A DNA stretch of 64,000 nt. Origin: Perkinsus olseni (lineage: Eukaryota). Below are positions 25,769-37,950 of this stretch, piece by piece. Below the pieces are notes generated by a model that was given only the letters and a program-made list of their open reading frames with translations, was not told the DNA's origin and made no database searches. The stretch covers positions 1 through 64,000 of the forward strand of contig JABANN010000079.1 in assembly GCA_013115125.1 (NCBI GenBank), in the 5' to 3' direction. Every line of letters starts with the position of its first letter. The stretch's first letter is position 1. A program made the position numbers and the translations under genes.

Positions 25769-28653
25769 ATGCCACCGCCACCAGCCGAGAAGAAGTCTAC
25801 GCTCAGCCTCACAAGGGAGCGGCTACTAGCGAAATTCGGGAAGTCCAAAGAAAGCGTCATCGGTAGGCGTAGAACCAATGTCGTTGAGAAATCTCAAGAT
25901 CATTCAAGATTTTCTAGAGTGCATAGCCACTGTTTGAGGCTGCGGTTTGCTCATACGGACGCACAAGGGTCTACTCGTCGCTCCTAAGCTGTTGATTGAT
26001 CGAAGGGTTCCTCTCCGGACGTGCTGAGCACTCTTCGGGAGACTTGTCACCATGACGGGAGGCGGGAGAATTGAAATGACAATGTCATGGTTATTGGGGG
26101 GACCTGTATGTCAGACCCCGTTCTTAAGTCTTACAACGGCAGAGCGATCGACCTGACCGAGTATCGTAAAGTGAGCCCACCTCACGCTACTTCAACATAG
26201 CAGCAATGGCAATATCTTCAGATAGAAAACTTGGTGGCCAACACCATAAGGGATGCTCGAAGGAAGGGCGGCAGAAATGCAATCGAGGATGCCACTGCAG
26301 CTGCTAGTAGGGCTGAATGCCTAGATTTATGTATGAAGTTTGCCATTTTGCAGGGGCAGCAGTGTCGGACGTGAGTTCTCGTAACGATCCTCGGCTGAAG
26401 CCAGTAGTGGAGCTTCCAAAGCAGCGTCCATTCCACCTTCAGAAAATGCAGGTGAGCGGCAGCGGCGGCGACGCGATGCGATGCGGCTCAGTCCGCGTAG
26501 CCATGCTCCTTTCCTTTCTGACGTTACATCATGTAACGCCGGAAAGGAAAGGTAACTTACACGGATCAACCCTTCTTCTCTGATGTTGCCATCCAGGCGG
26601 CCAGTGCTGGCAAGACCATGAACGCAGCAGGGCAGTACGACCTCATCGTCCAATACGACTCCTACATGCATGCAGTGGAGGAGAAGGACCGATTGCAGAG
26701 CGAGAAGCAGAAGAAAGAAGTAGGCAGATGGGCGCTTTCGGTCATGCATCTATCGGGTCCAGTCTGTCTAGGCTAACATCGATATTTCTTTATGTTGTTT
26801 CCACTGCTCTCTGGTGACGCAGGGCACACTCTTCGCATTTGGCGCGACTGTTACACAGCCCAAGAACACGCACGGCCTTTCATCTGCTCTCAGGAGTACA
26901 GGAAGGCCCTTGACAGTCAAATGATGGCGAAACGTGCGGGCATGGCAAATGAAGCGCAGAAGAGAGAGGAGGAGAGGCTTGCTATGGTAGCTAAGTGATT
27001 TAGTGGCGCGCGACCAAATTGTTTTCAGTTGGGAGCGAAAGAGGAATTCAAGCGAGACAGTGAAAGACGGGCCACGAGGATGAAACAGAAGAAACTAGCT
27101 ATGATACAGGAAGCTGATGAGGTGCAGCTTGGGGGCATTTGATACCGTAACATTGGGAAATCAGGCTCAACGATCAATACAGCGGAGGCGAAGAAGGGAA
27201 ATGGCGGAGCGTGAAGCAGAACGACAGGAAAGTTTGCAGAGAGTGAGTGAGGCTGGTGGTCCGGGCATGATCCTCAAGAGACGAGCTCGGACATGTGAAC
27301 GGCACCGCTGCGAGTGTGATGGTGTTTTGCTGTCAAAATTTGCTGGTGTCATTTGCTGAGTGGCCGCCCCCGCTCCACTGAGCCCTCGCTAGAAGCCTTA
27401 TCTCGGGGGTCCTTGGGAGCTTGAAACCAACCCGTCCGGAGAGGGTCATGAATTTTCCGCAAACAGATGCAACGAGAGACAGCAGAGGCGGCGATGGAGG
27501 AGAGGAAAAGAAAGGCGGCGAATGATAAAAGGCTGAACGAGATCAACGAAAACATCAAAGGTGAACTCCGTCGCGCGCCACGAAATACCCGTGTTTGATA
27601 GATGCAATAGAGAGGAAGCGAAGGGCTCGACAAGAAGAGGCGGAGCTGGCGGAGATTCTAGCGAAGCAGCAGGCAGGAACACAACCTCACTCTCCTACTA
27701 GGGGCTCCCATCTCGCCCTTCCGCAGATAGCGGCGGCAGAGGCGAACGAGAAAGCCAAAGCTGATGCGCTTGAACGATTAAGCAACCGAATCAAGCAGAT
27801 TGCTCAGACTATCGGGAAGAGCGTCGGCGATGAGAACAAGGTAGGCCATGAGTTGTTCGGCTTTGAGCTTGGAGCTCCGCCATTTCCACCGCAAGTTTTA
27901 TCGGTCAGAGACGGGAAGAGGAGGAAGATCGCCGATTACAGGCTCATCTGCACGCCGCTGAGCTCGCCTCTCGGAAGGTGGGTGGTCGGTATGTGAACCA
28001 GAAACTGTATTGTGCATTCTGTCAGGCTGAGGCGGATAAACGCGCTCGCCAGGAGAAAGCAAAGAGAGATATGCTGGACATGCTCTCACAGCAGGTGGAG
28101 TCGTGAATTCGTCCGTGGTGCGCTATCCGTACGCGACAGGTGCAAGAGAAAATGCAGCTGAGGAGGTTCGAGGATACTGTGAACAAACGGCAGGTTAGAA
28201 TATACCACACTTCGCAGACATCATGGTCGCTCTCAAGGGAGAAGAATACCGCAAGATGGCAATCGCTGCGTTAGAAGATGAGGTGGAGGAACACCGTCAA
28301 AGACGACGTAGGAGAGCCGATATGGACAAAGAACTCGTAGGCGCCCATCGAGATACGAGCTGCTAGCGGATAGCATCTGTCATCAGGAGAAGCAAATCTG
28401 CTTCACTAATTTGACAACAGAAGAAGACAGGATGGAGGTTGACCTGCAGCGACGGGAGCTCGAACTGAACCAACCCCTCTTTCGGTGCTCCCTGGCGAAT
28501 CTTCACTTGCCTCAGCCGCTATTGAGCCATCATCATCTCAGACGTCCAGTGTCGATAATCTCACGTGCCGTTTTCAGGCGAATGGCTGCCCAGCGCTATA
28601 AAGAAAAGGAGTGTGCAAAGCTCCTCTTGTCGCAAAAAGCTGACTCGACATGA
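25769..28653 (+). CDS. Long E/K/R-rich coiled-coil protein (trichoplein/TPH-like, possibly flagellar); multi-exon
   Basis: Starts MPPPPAEKKSTLSLTRERLLAKFG. Internal exons YDLIVQYDSYMHAVEEKDRLQSEKQKK, EYRKALDSQMMAKR, IERKRRARQEEAELAEILAKQQ. Ends RMAAQRYKEKECAKLLLSQKADST*. Confidence 0.7.
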
Positions 28654-29037
28654 GAGTGATGACTGCGGACTGTTAGATGTTGACAATTACTGCGAGAGGG
28701 TGTTGCGTTCTTAGTGGGACTACATCCAAAAGTACTCCGAACCCATCGGCCGCTGCAGACTGAGCTGTCGAAGCGCCTGGCTTACGAGTGTGCCATGCAT
28801 TGCTATTGTTCAAGACGCAACAAGGACAAAACTTGACAACTCTCAACAGCATGAGTAGATCGACACCGCTCCATTGCCCCGCTTCAACTGCATGAGGAAA
28901 AAGGCATCTTGATCAGCTCATTAGAAGGAGAATGACCTCCCGGGAGTGATCGATAACTACGATCCCTCGTAGTCCAAGACGCCCACGACTCGTAGGCTAG
29001 GGATCGTCCCAACCCTCGAGTTACGAAGTGATGGTTG

Positions 29038-30381
29038 TTATTTCGTTCTCTTAACAACTCTGTCTGACTCGGACTGATCTTGTGAGCGTTTCTTTCCTCG
29101 GCTTGTGCTGGCCCCGAACTCACTGGGTTGGTTTGGAACGGCCGTCACTCTCGCGGAATCAACAGTGAGAGGGGTATGCTCAAGCCGGACTCTCAATTCT
29201 GGCTTGGCCGGATCGGACTCCTCCGTGCCGAGTAGCAGTTCGAAGTGGCCGCCATCCATCCCGAATCTATGCAGTCTGATGGATCCGAGAGTGAGGTTGT
29301 TGATACCGAATGCCCGGCCGGCTGCAGTGAGGGAGGCCTCGACTTCGGCCTGGTCCGCGGGGTCTGCAAGACCGGCGCAGATGTAGCAGTCAGCATCGTC
29401 ACAACCTTTCTTAAATAGCGGCATCATAGGGAGGGCGAGGACGTTGGATGGGGGATTGTTCTCGGTGGCATTGACGAACTGGAAGTACGTCGTAGGTGCA
29501 CCGGTTGGACTCAATGCCGAAGAGGCCAAGTTCAACTCAACGAGTTGCCGACCTGCCTCGTCCGTTTGCAGGGTTAGACACACTAAGTATAATTTTCCTG
29601 TGTCCTCGGCGTTCACCAAGGACCCGACTGGCAGCTCCCCCACGTCAGCGAGCGGAAGAGGCTCGAAGGGTGCTCTTGGAGGTAGTTGAATCATTCCGAA
29701 GCCTGGGCCTCCTATCTTAGAAGGCGATGACGCCTCGGCGCTGCTAGTGGCAGTTTAGAGGACCGTAGTGATAGCTGTGTCTCCGCGGCCTCTTGCTTGG
29801 GAGGTACTCGTCGGATTCGGTTCAAAGTTTCGCTCCTCCACTCTCTCTAGCAACAACGGATGTATGAAGGTGTACCGAGAGGCTCGAGCGCTGCCACCGA
29901 CGAATATGTAAGCGTTCCCAGCTACGAAGCAGAGCTTGATTTGCCAAGAATTGCTCATCCTCACAGGACCAGGGATTGAGAAAATATCGAAGATTTTGAG
30001 GAGTTCTCTCTTAGCCTGCTCACAAAGGTGAAGTGGCCTGTAACACTGATCGGTCCTTCTCACATCGTTGGGACTCAAGACAACCTTCAGGACGCCTGAG
30101 CTATAGTACCGATCCCATTTGATGCTGTTGATGCGAATAACCTTCCATTCTCCACTTGCCGTCTCACCAATGAACTCCATCGTGCTGAAGGGGACATCCT
30201 CCCGGGAGCCTCCCATGCGTATATCCATGGCAATTCCCTGAAGGGTACCGATGGGATGGGCTGGGTCCACCAGACCTTCATAGTGACCAGCTTCGATGCT
30301 CGGAGGAGAGGCACCCGCCAGATCCACGAGAGCGAGTAGGAGGAGGGGGACGGCAGAATGATTGGGACGAGTGGTTGGCAT
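29038..30381 (-). pseudogene. Intronless lineage-specific secreted protein, copy 1; one in-frame TAA at 29755-29757
   Basis: Signal peptide MPTTRPNHSAVPLLLLALVDLAGA. ORFs 29755-30516 and 29038-29694 are in the same frame, with 20 sense codons between the TAA and the second ORF. The TAA aligns with TCA in copy 2. Confidence 0.7.
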
Positions 30382-31118
30382 TGCGAATGGACACCGGTAT
30401 ACGGAAAAGCCGACCGATGCAGAAGCACTCGAGCGTTGAACAAAGGGAGCGTTAACAAAGGCAATAGTGTTAGTGGGTCGGCAGAGTAATATCCACCAGG
30501 CGCAGAAAGCCAACAACGGCTAGGGGTGTGAGCAGAGCTTCCGTGATGACTGGAAAGTTTCCTCTCGCTTGGAGTGGCTCGAAGTCTCTTTACGTGCAGC
30601 TTACAGGAAAGGATTCCCTTCAAGGGAAACCATACTAGTAGAATCGCGCGACTGACGATGACGGTGCTCAGGCAGGCAATGGGAAGTCTTCGACGGATCT
30701 CAGGATGCACCGATGATACCACGGTACCGTTTACCTCATGGGGGATACTCTCTCACCATTGCTATGACAGTCAGAAGTCTATTCGGCGAGTGAAGCCACC
30801 ATTCACGCTCTTGAGGATAACACATTAGCGAGTTGAGACAGCAAATTGGCAGTGGGGTCGAAACAAGGACATGAAGTTGGCGAATGAAGAAGTCATTTTA
30901 GTGGCGGGCCTCGAATGAAGAGTTCTTGATCGCGAATGAGGTCCTCAATTTCATGATTGAGGAAGTCAACTTCGCCGATGAAGACCTCAATTTCGGGCAT
31001 CAACTTTCACCTGGAATCCTTGAATATATAACTTCACACGATCTTTCCACGCGAGACAACCACGCAGGGGAGCACCACCCTACTCGAGACTTCGAAGCCT
31101 GTAGAGCTGTTTACACCG

Positions 31119-31903
31119 GAGGAACACCGTCAAAGGCGACGTAGGAGAGCCGATATGGACAAAGAACTCGTAGGCGTCCATCGAGATACGAGCTGCTAGC
31201 GGACTCGGGCATCAATAGAGGCAAATCTGCTACTATTTTGGCAACTGAAGAAGACAGGATGGAAGTTGGAATGCAGCGACGAGAGCTCGAACTGAACCAG
31301 CCTCTGTTTCGGTGCTCTTGGACGAACCTTCGTTTGTCTTAGCACTGCTAAGTTAGCAGCTTTTGGGCCATCATAACTTCGATCGTCCAGTGTCGATGAT
31401 CTCGCATCGTCCTATTTTCAGGCAAATGGCTGCCCAGCGCTATAATACAGCTCATTGCCTTCGCGTGCCAAACCTCGACTCGAACACAAGACACCACAGG
31501 ATTGGGCTACCATCTTGACTCAGCGGCTCGATTAAGCAGATATACAGCAATATCCATATACAACCGCCGACCAAGCACGACAGGGCACTATGCCGATATA
31601 CAACAATGAACCGGACGCTGAACCTGCCCCGTACAAAGAAAGAAAAAAAATCGGTGCTGGGCACACTCGCCACAGTAACTGGTCTGAGCGTCACAGCATG
31701 CGTGGAACTAGTGCGCAGGGCGCGCACAAGAGTCCTGTAATGTGCCGCTAACTGAGACCGACAGAGTTGTGTGACAAACACAAAATAGGGGACGAGCAAG
31801 GTGAGGTAACGACTCCTGCTCGAACTGTACCTCCAAGCACACGTTCTTTCCAAGTGAAAGGAGTGTACAAGGCCTCTCTCATCGCTCGAAGTTGAATCGA
31901 CAT
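31119..31903 (+). pseudogene. Duplicated 3' fragment of the coiled-coil gene, interrupted by an insertion of about 410 bp
   Basis: 31119-31444 closely matches about 28285-28601 (GGAACACCGTCAAAG...CAGCGCTATAA). Homology resumes at about 31856 (GAAAGGAGTGT). Confidence 0.8.
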
Positions 31904-32253
31904 GGGAGCGATGACCGTGGACTGTTAGTTGTTGGCTGGAGGGTTTTGCGTTCTCAACTCCTAGCCTTCACCGAATCCATCCGGCGCCGCAGCCTGAGCT
32001 GTCAAAGCGGCTGGCTTACGTAAACGCAACAAGGACAAAATTTGACAACTCTCAACAGCATGAGCATAGAGCTGGATCGACCCCGCTCCATTTTCATGCT
32101 TCAACTGTAAGAGGAGGAAGACATTTTTACTCGGGCGTTATATGATTGAATAAAATGAACTCACTAGAAGTTGGATGAAAACATCCCAGGCGTGATCGGT
32201 AGCTATGATCCCTCGTGGGTGTCTTGGGTAGGAATCCATCCCTATGATGATTG

Positions 32254-33640
32254 CTATGTAGCCCTCTCAACAACTCTGTCTGAATCGAACTGCTCTCGTG
32301 AGCGCTTCTTACCCCGGCTTGTGCTAGTCTCGAGCTCACTGGGTGGTTGCCTCTCACTGGGTTGTTGTGGGTCACCCATCCCTCCTACGACATCAACAGT
32401 AAGAGGGGTGTACTCAAGCCGGACTCTTAAGTCTGGCTTGTCCGGATCGGACGCCTCCGTGCCGAGTAGCAGTTCGAAGTGGCCGCCATCCATCCCGAAT
32501 CTATGCAGTCTGATGGATCCGAGAGTGAGGTTGTTGATACCGAATGTCCGGCCGGCTGCAGTGAGGGAGGCCTCGACTTCGGCCTGGTCCGCGGGGTCTG
32601 TAAGACCGGCGAAGATGTAGCAGTCGGCATCACAACCCTCACGAGCGGCATCAGAGGGAGAATGAGGACGTTGGACGGGGGAGTGTCCTCGGTGGCTTTG
32701 TTAAAGGTGAAGTAGGATGTAGGTGCAGTAGTTGGATCGAATGCTGAGTAGGCAAACGTGAATCGGCTAAGGTGCCGACCTGCCTCGTCCGTTTGAAGGG
32801 TTAGGCACACCAAATAAAAATGCTCAGTGTCCTCGGCGTTCACCAAGGACCGAACTGGCAAATCTCAAACGCCAGTGAGCGGAAGAGACTTCAAGAGTGC
32901 TTCAACTCCTGGACGTAGTTGCATTTCTTCGAAGACTGGGGGTCCGATCCTAGCTGCTAGGACCTAGCAGGAGATGTCCCCTCGACGCTGCTAGCGGCAA
33001 TTGAGAGGCTCGTAGCCCTCCCGCTAGTGATAGCTCCACGGTCTCTTGCTTGCGAGGAACTCGTCGGAGTCGGCTTGGAGTTTCGCTCCTCTACTTTATC
33101 CAACAACAACGGATGTATGAAGGTGTACCGAGTGGCTTGAGCGCGGTCACCGACGAATATGTAACAGCTCCCGGCCACTATGCAGAGCTTGATTTGCCAA
33201 GAATTGCTCACCCTTACAGGACCAGGGATTGAGAAAATATCGAAGATTCTGAGGAGTTCTCTCTTGGTCTGCTGACCAATGTGAATCGGCTTGTAACACT
33301 GATCGGCCCTGTTCACATCGTTGGGGATAAAGACAACCTTCAGGTCGCCTGGCCGAGAGTACCGATCCGATTTGATGCTGTTGATGCGAATAACCTTCCA
33401 TTCTCCACTTGCCGTCTCACCAATGAACTCCATCGTGCTGAAGGGGACATCCCTCTGGGAGCCTCCCATGCGTATATCCATGGCAATTCCCTGAAGGGTA
33501 CCGATGGGATGGGCTGGGTCCACCAGACCTTCATAGTGACCAGCTTCGATGCTCGGAGGAGAGGCACCCGCCAGATCCACGAGGGCGAGTAGGAACAGGA
33601 GGAGGGTGACGGCGGAATGACTGGGACGGGTGGTTGGCAT
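32254..33640 (-). pseudogene. Intronless secreted protein, copy 2; frameshifted
   Basis: Paralogue of 29038-30381 (shared SPPSIEAGHYEGLVDPAHPIGTLQGIAMDIRMGGS and MDGGHFELLLGTE). Frameshift near 32955, TGA at 32865-32867, second frameshift near 32640. Confidence 0.8.
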
Positions 33641-34604
33641 TGCGAGTGGATGCCGGTATACTGGATGAAGGGGAGTAGCCGACGGCTGCAGAACCGCTCG
33701 ACGATTGAATGGAGGGAGCGTTAACAAGACCAATCGTGTGAATCGGTGGAATCAGTATCCCACGAGGCACTGGAAGCCGGCGAGGTCGGCCTATGTCGAT
33801 TAGCGGCGGGAATAGGCCTTCCTAGATGAGTGGAAGGTTTCCGTGACGACAATCTGATACAGCACCCAGTTAAGCGACAGTTCGAGAAGGTCACCCAACT
33901 TCCGTCTTTATTTATTTTTTTTCTCTTTCTAGTGTTGGAGAGGGCGTTCACTCCGGTGTGGGGAGTATGGTCGTCTTGCCGCTAGACTCTAGCGGTAGGC
34001 GACCAAGGGCCTTAGCCATCGGTGGCGGAGGCCAGGACATACGTCAAGGCGGCGACACTTCGGGTCAAACAAGTGTGGCGTCGCCTGGGTTGGCGTGATG
34101 GGCACCGAAGATGAACGCGTCAGCTCAGCGGTGGAAGCGAAGGAGCTTGCCGCTGGCTGACCAATTGCCGATACCTCCCAACTCTAGGACAGCGGGTGTA
34201 AGGGTCACGAGAGGAGTTGAGCTCGAAGTCTCTTTCCGTGCATCTTACAGGAAGGAAACCACCTCAGTCACAACGCACGATTGTAGATGATTGTGCTAAG
34301 GCAGGCAATGGGAAGTCAACGAGGCAGCCCAGGACGCATTTCGGTAATAATGATCATAATACCGTGTGTGTCACTTCAACGTCGTCGCCGGCTTAGACTA
34401 GAGGTCGATGTGCTGGCAACTTGACGCCGCAGTCTGTGTTGCAAGTCCGAAGGTTGCAATAACGTCTGATAATACAGCAGTACTCTCGTACAATAATACT
34501 GTACACCCCCGCTCTGATCCCCCTCCCGCCTTGGAAATGTTTGACCGGACACTGGAACGTAAATACTCTCCGGAGGTCATCGCACCCTGCAGGACCATGC
34601 TATG

Positions 34605-35183
34605 CAGGGTGGCTGAAGGCTGAGGAAGAATCATTATTCCCTTCCCCAATAATTCCCGTTTTAGTTCCCGGAAATAATGACCGCCGTGGATGGGGACGAA
34701 TGGACCCCATTTGGGGAACTATCGTGGAAATCGCCATATGCCCCTGCCCACGCAAGATCAAAGCCCGGGAAATGCTGAGGAACCATTTCGGTAACCCCCT
34801 CAACCGCTCAGACGGAGAGAATTAGCGAATTCACCTTGCACCCTGTCATTTTTCACGAATCAACCGTCAGGGCGAGTGCTCACCGAAGAGCGCAAGGACT
34901 GGGGTCCCTACTATGGCACTCCGTTATCTAGCCTCTTATCATCATCGACACAACGGGTCGGACCGGTAAGACACGTTTTCATCGGAGCGAAGTCGTTTTA
35001 TATAAGCAAGATAGCAACAAGGGCACAGAAGTCGATCAGAACTACAGGTTCGTCGGTATTTCACACATAAATTCTATAATTCCCGAAAAGGCTGACATTA
35101 TTCCCCGAGATAATTTCTTTCTTCCCTTCCCCGGGAATGTTACCGGGAACTATGGAGATAATTCCCCACCTTCAGCCACCCTG
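34605..35183. mobile_element. Non-autonomous hAT-type DNA transposon (579 bp)
   Basis: Perfect 15-bp TIR CAGGGTGGCTGAAGG/CCTTCAGCCACCCTG. Exact 8-bp TSD ATGCTATG at 34597-34604 and 35184-35191. Confidence 0.93.
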
Positions 35184-37950
35184 ATGCTATGGCGCACCAG
35201 TAGGAGTCAACCGTCGTGTTGGCTGGCGACGCCCTCCCTTGGGATTGCACCCCCCTTGATTGATAGACCGGGCGCGGTCAGAGGTGTGGGTGTTTCCTGG
35301 AAGGTGATGTCTCATGGGTTCAAGAGTTATGGCTAAGCATCATCTCAACACGCGTAGTCAGCTGCTTCGGCAGCCCAATCCGCGATGCCAGAACATGCAA
35401 GCTGGCAATGCTCAGCATTACCACATTCCATTCGCTGCCTCATAACGGAACATTGAGGCGCTCATAGATGCGCTAGCGTCCAGGATTGGTGGTGTCCAAC
35501 AGAAAGTCCCTTTGGTGGGTACTCCGTACTCAGCCCGTACGTCTGAATCGTCCAATGATTACGAAAAAATCTCGTAAATTACGAGTCGTAATTATCCCTG
35601 GGAGGAGTCTACAATTGAGTGTACGATCATTGCCACGACTAGTATGACTCACCAATCTGTGAAAATGAGGAAGAGTTCACTATGGCGAACTGTCACAGTT
35701 CAACCGTGCACGTGAAGCACAACGTCGGGGATGAGGATGATCGGTTTGATTCGATTGGGGTCATCAACCTTCGTCTTCACTCGTTGCAATCCCACGTTTA
35801 CCTACACCCTTCGGTGTAGGGCAGAGTAGGTTTCCTAGCGAGAGTTCCGCTACATGGTGTTTAGTTACCTGGGAGTAATGGGTAGTGGGAGCAAAACATC
35901 CTTGGGCACTCTAGGCTGAACACGTCTAGGTGCCCCGTCAACGAACACGCAACTACTGACTGGATGTTTCGCTCCGCATGAGCTGGGCGAGGTTTGGTAT
36001 TTCTTGACCATTTCTGATTTGTTTCAGTTCTCTGACACGTACCACAATTAAGGTACATCGTACCTCGCCTTTCTGCTCATGCCTCCCAGCCAACATAACT
36101 AACGGTGTGGGCAGGTGGGTTCAGGTAAAGTCCCCATGTAACGAAGGACACTACGCAATAACATAAACCAAACCGAACACATGATCACTCGTTTACTTGT
36201 TCAACTTGCCCAATAAATTGACCTTCAATCAACACTTATGGATGTCATCTTCGTTCCAGAGAGGCGATAGGCTGCTTGAGGCAGCAGGTGATCAATCAAC
36301 AGAAGGTTATGTCCCGATGAATCAGCCGTTGATGACAAAGAAGCTCCTCTCACAGCGGCACGGAAGCGACTTAGCACACATGAAGATAGAGCAACCCAAC
36401 AGCGAACCAAAAGCGATCTGCACAAAAACTGTGGAAATGCGAAGGTACTGCAGTTGAAGGAAATGGAGTCCCATCAGGATTTTTTATTGACATCTCGTAG
36501 TAACCCAAGCTAGCAAAAGACTGAGAAACTGTGGCGGACTGGGTAAGACGGATACTCGCGGTGGAGGGCGTCATGAGAATATTCTATTAGTAGTACTGAA
36601 ACTGCTATCGCCTGATAATGCCTGAAAATACATTATCCTAGAGTCTGGAAGCTGCACGCCGCCAAGACCCCCTGGGCCGTCATCAGAGGACTAGAGAATC
36701 GGAGACTTCCCAGCTGTTCCGAACAGCCTGTTCATCCAGGAGGCCATGCGCACGCGTGCTGACCCCGCGCGTGCGTCACACTCTGCGCGGCGTCGCTCCC
36801 CGAGCGAATGACGCGGCTAGTTGTACCATCTGCTGCTCGTTGCACGAAGGGTCACTTCAATCGATGTAGCGTCGTTGGTTGCTCTTCACCTCAAGCCAAC
36901 CCAGTCGGTAAGGCGCGTTATCACATTTCCGAGGTCCCTAGTCAAGACCTCTGCACGTGCATCTAGCAAGAAGCCGATGCCTCTTCAGTGACAGCGTGTA
37001 GAAGGGCTGATTATAATGCCAACAGTCGTTTCCTATGCTTTGTACAGCCGGATGGGCGCCCGCCTGCCATGATCGGAAGAGGTGCTTCCCTTTAGTCGGC
37101 CGGTAGCTGTTAGCCGCACTCTACAGCGTGGGGCCCGCGGACATAACAGAGCTGTTCATCAGGCTTCCGGCATGAACCTGTGGGAGCGCCTCGGTGTGAT
37201 CAGGATGGGAACTCAACATGAGAGGGAAGAAGAGCTGTGGCGGCCGGCGGTAGACGACGACAGGCAGATTAGCTATATGATGCACGCGTGCACAGTCGCG
37301 CGCTGACTCTACAGAGCCAAAGCGATCTATAGAGAACATCGACGAGCTCGATGCCGCTCAACAATGTTGAGTCAACAGGTGCCCTGGGAGTGCACTTGAA
37401 CACAACAGAGTTCAAGAGATTGTTCGCAATACACACAACGTAGTTGTTGAATATCAAATGGTGTGGCCCGTGTTGATTCCAACCGAGCTGAGACTGGTGA
37501 TAGGCTGGGGCTTAATGACCGCTGCCTCTACATCCGCCTTCCGCCTTTTGACCTGAGAACGTTCAACTGCTACTACGCACCGCCGAGAACCAGTTCCCTC
37601 ACGAGATCCAGAGCCTCTCCACCGGCCGCCGCGACGAAGGGGAAGTTCCGTGAATCTGGACCATCTAGCATGGACGGCGGTAGTGGGAGGAGAAGCCGTA
37701 ACTGAGAACTACATCAGCCACAGTAGATAGTGAATCATACAATCCCCAGAGTCAAGTCATCCGAAAACATCAGACTACCGTGACCCCGAAGCGAGGAAAC
37801 AGGACGAACCTTTCCCTACTCTCCGACTTCAAGTCCTAGAGTGGCAATAGCATATTCTCAACATTTTCCTTGAGTTCAAAATATGGTCTTGAACATGCGG
37901 GAATTTCGAAACCTGCGTTTTTACAGCAAGAAGCGTCGCTTCAAGCAACG

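Noticed and set aside
31505-31523. GGCTACCATCTTGACTCAG, resembling a dinoflagellate/Perkinsus spliced-leader relic
   Set aside because: The match is short with several mismatches and is not positioned upstream of a gene on that strand.
35190-37900. Scattered short ORFs (for example 37121-37457, minus) that might be a gene or element remnant
   Set aside because: No recognisable motif and no coherent exon chain could be built.
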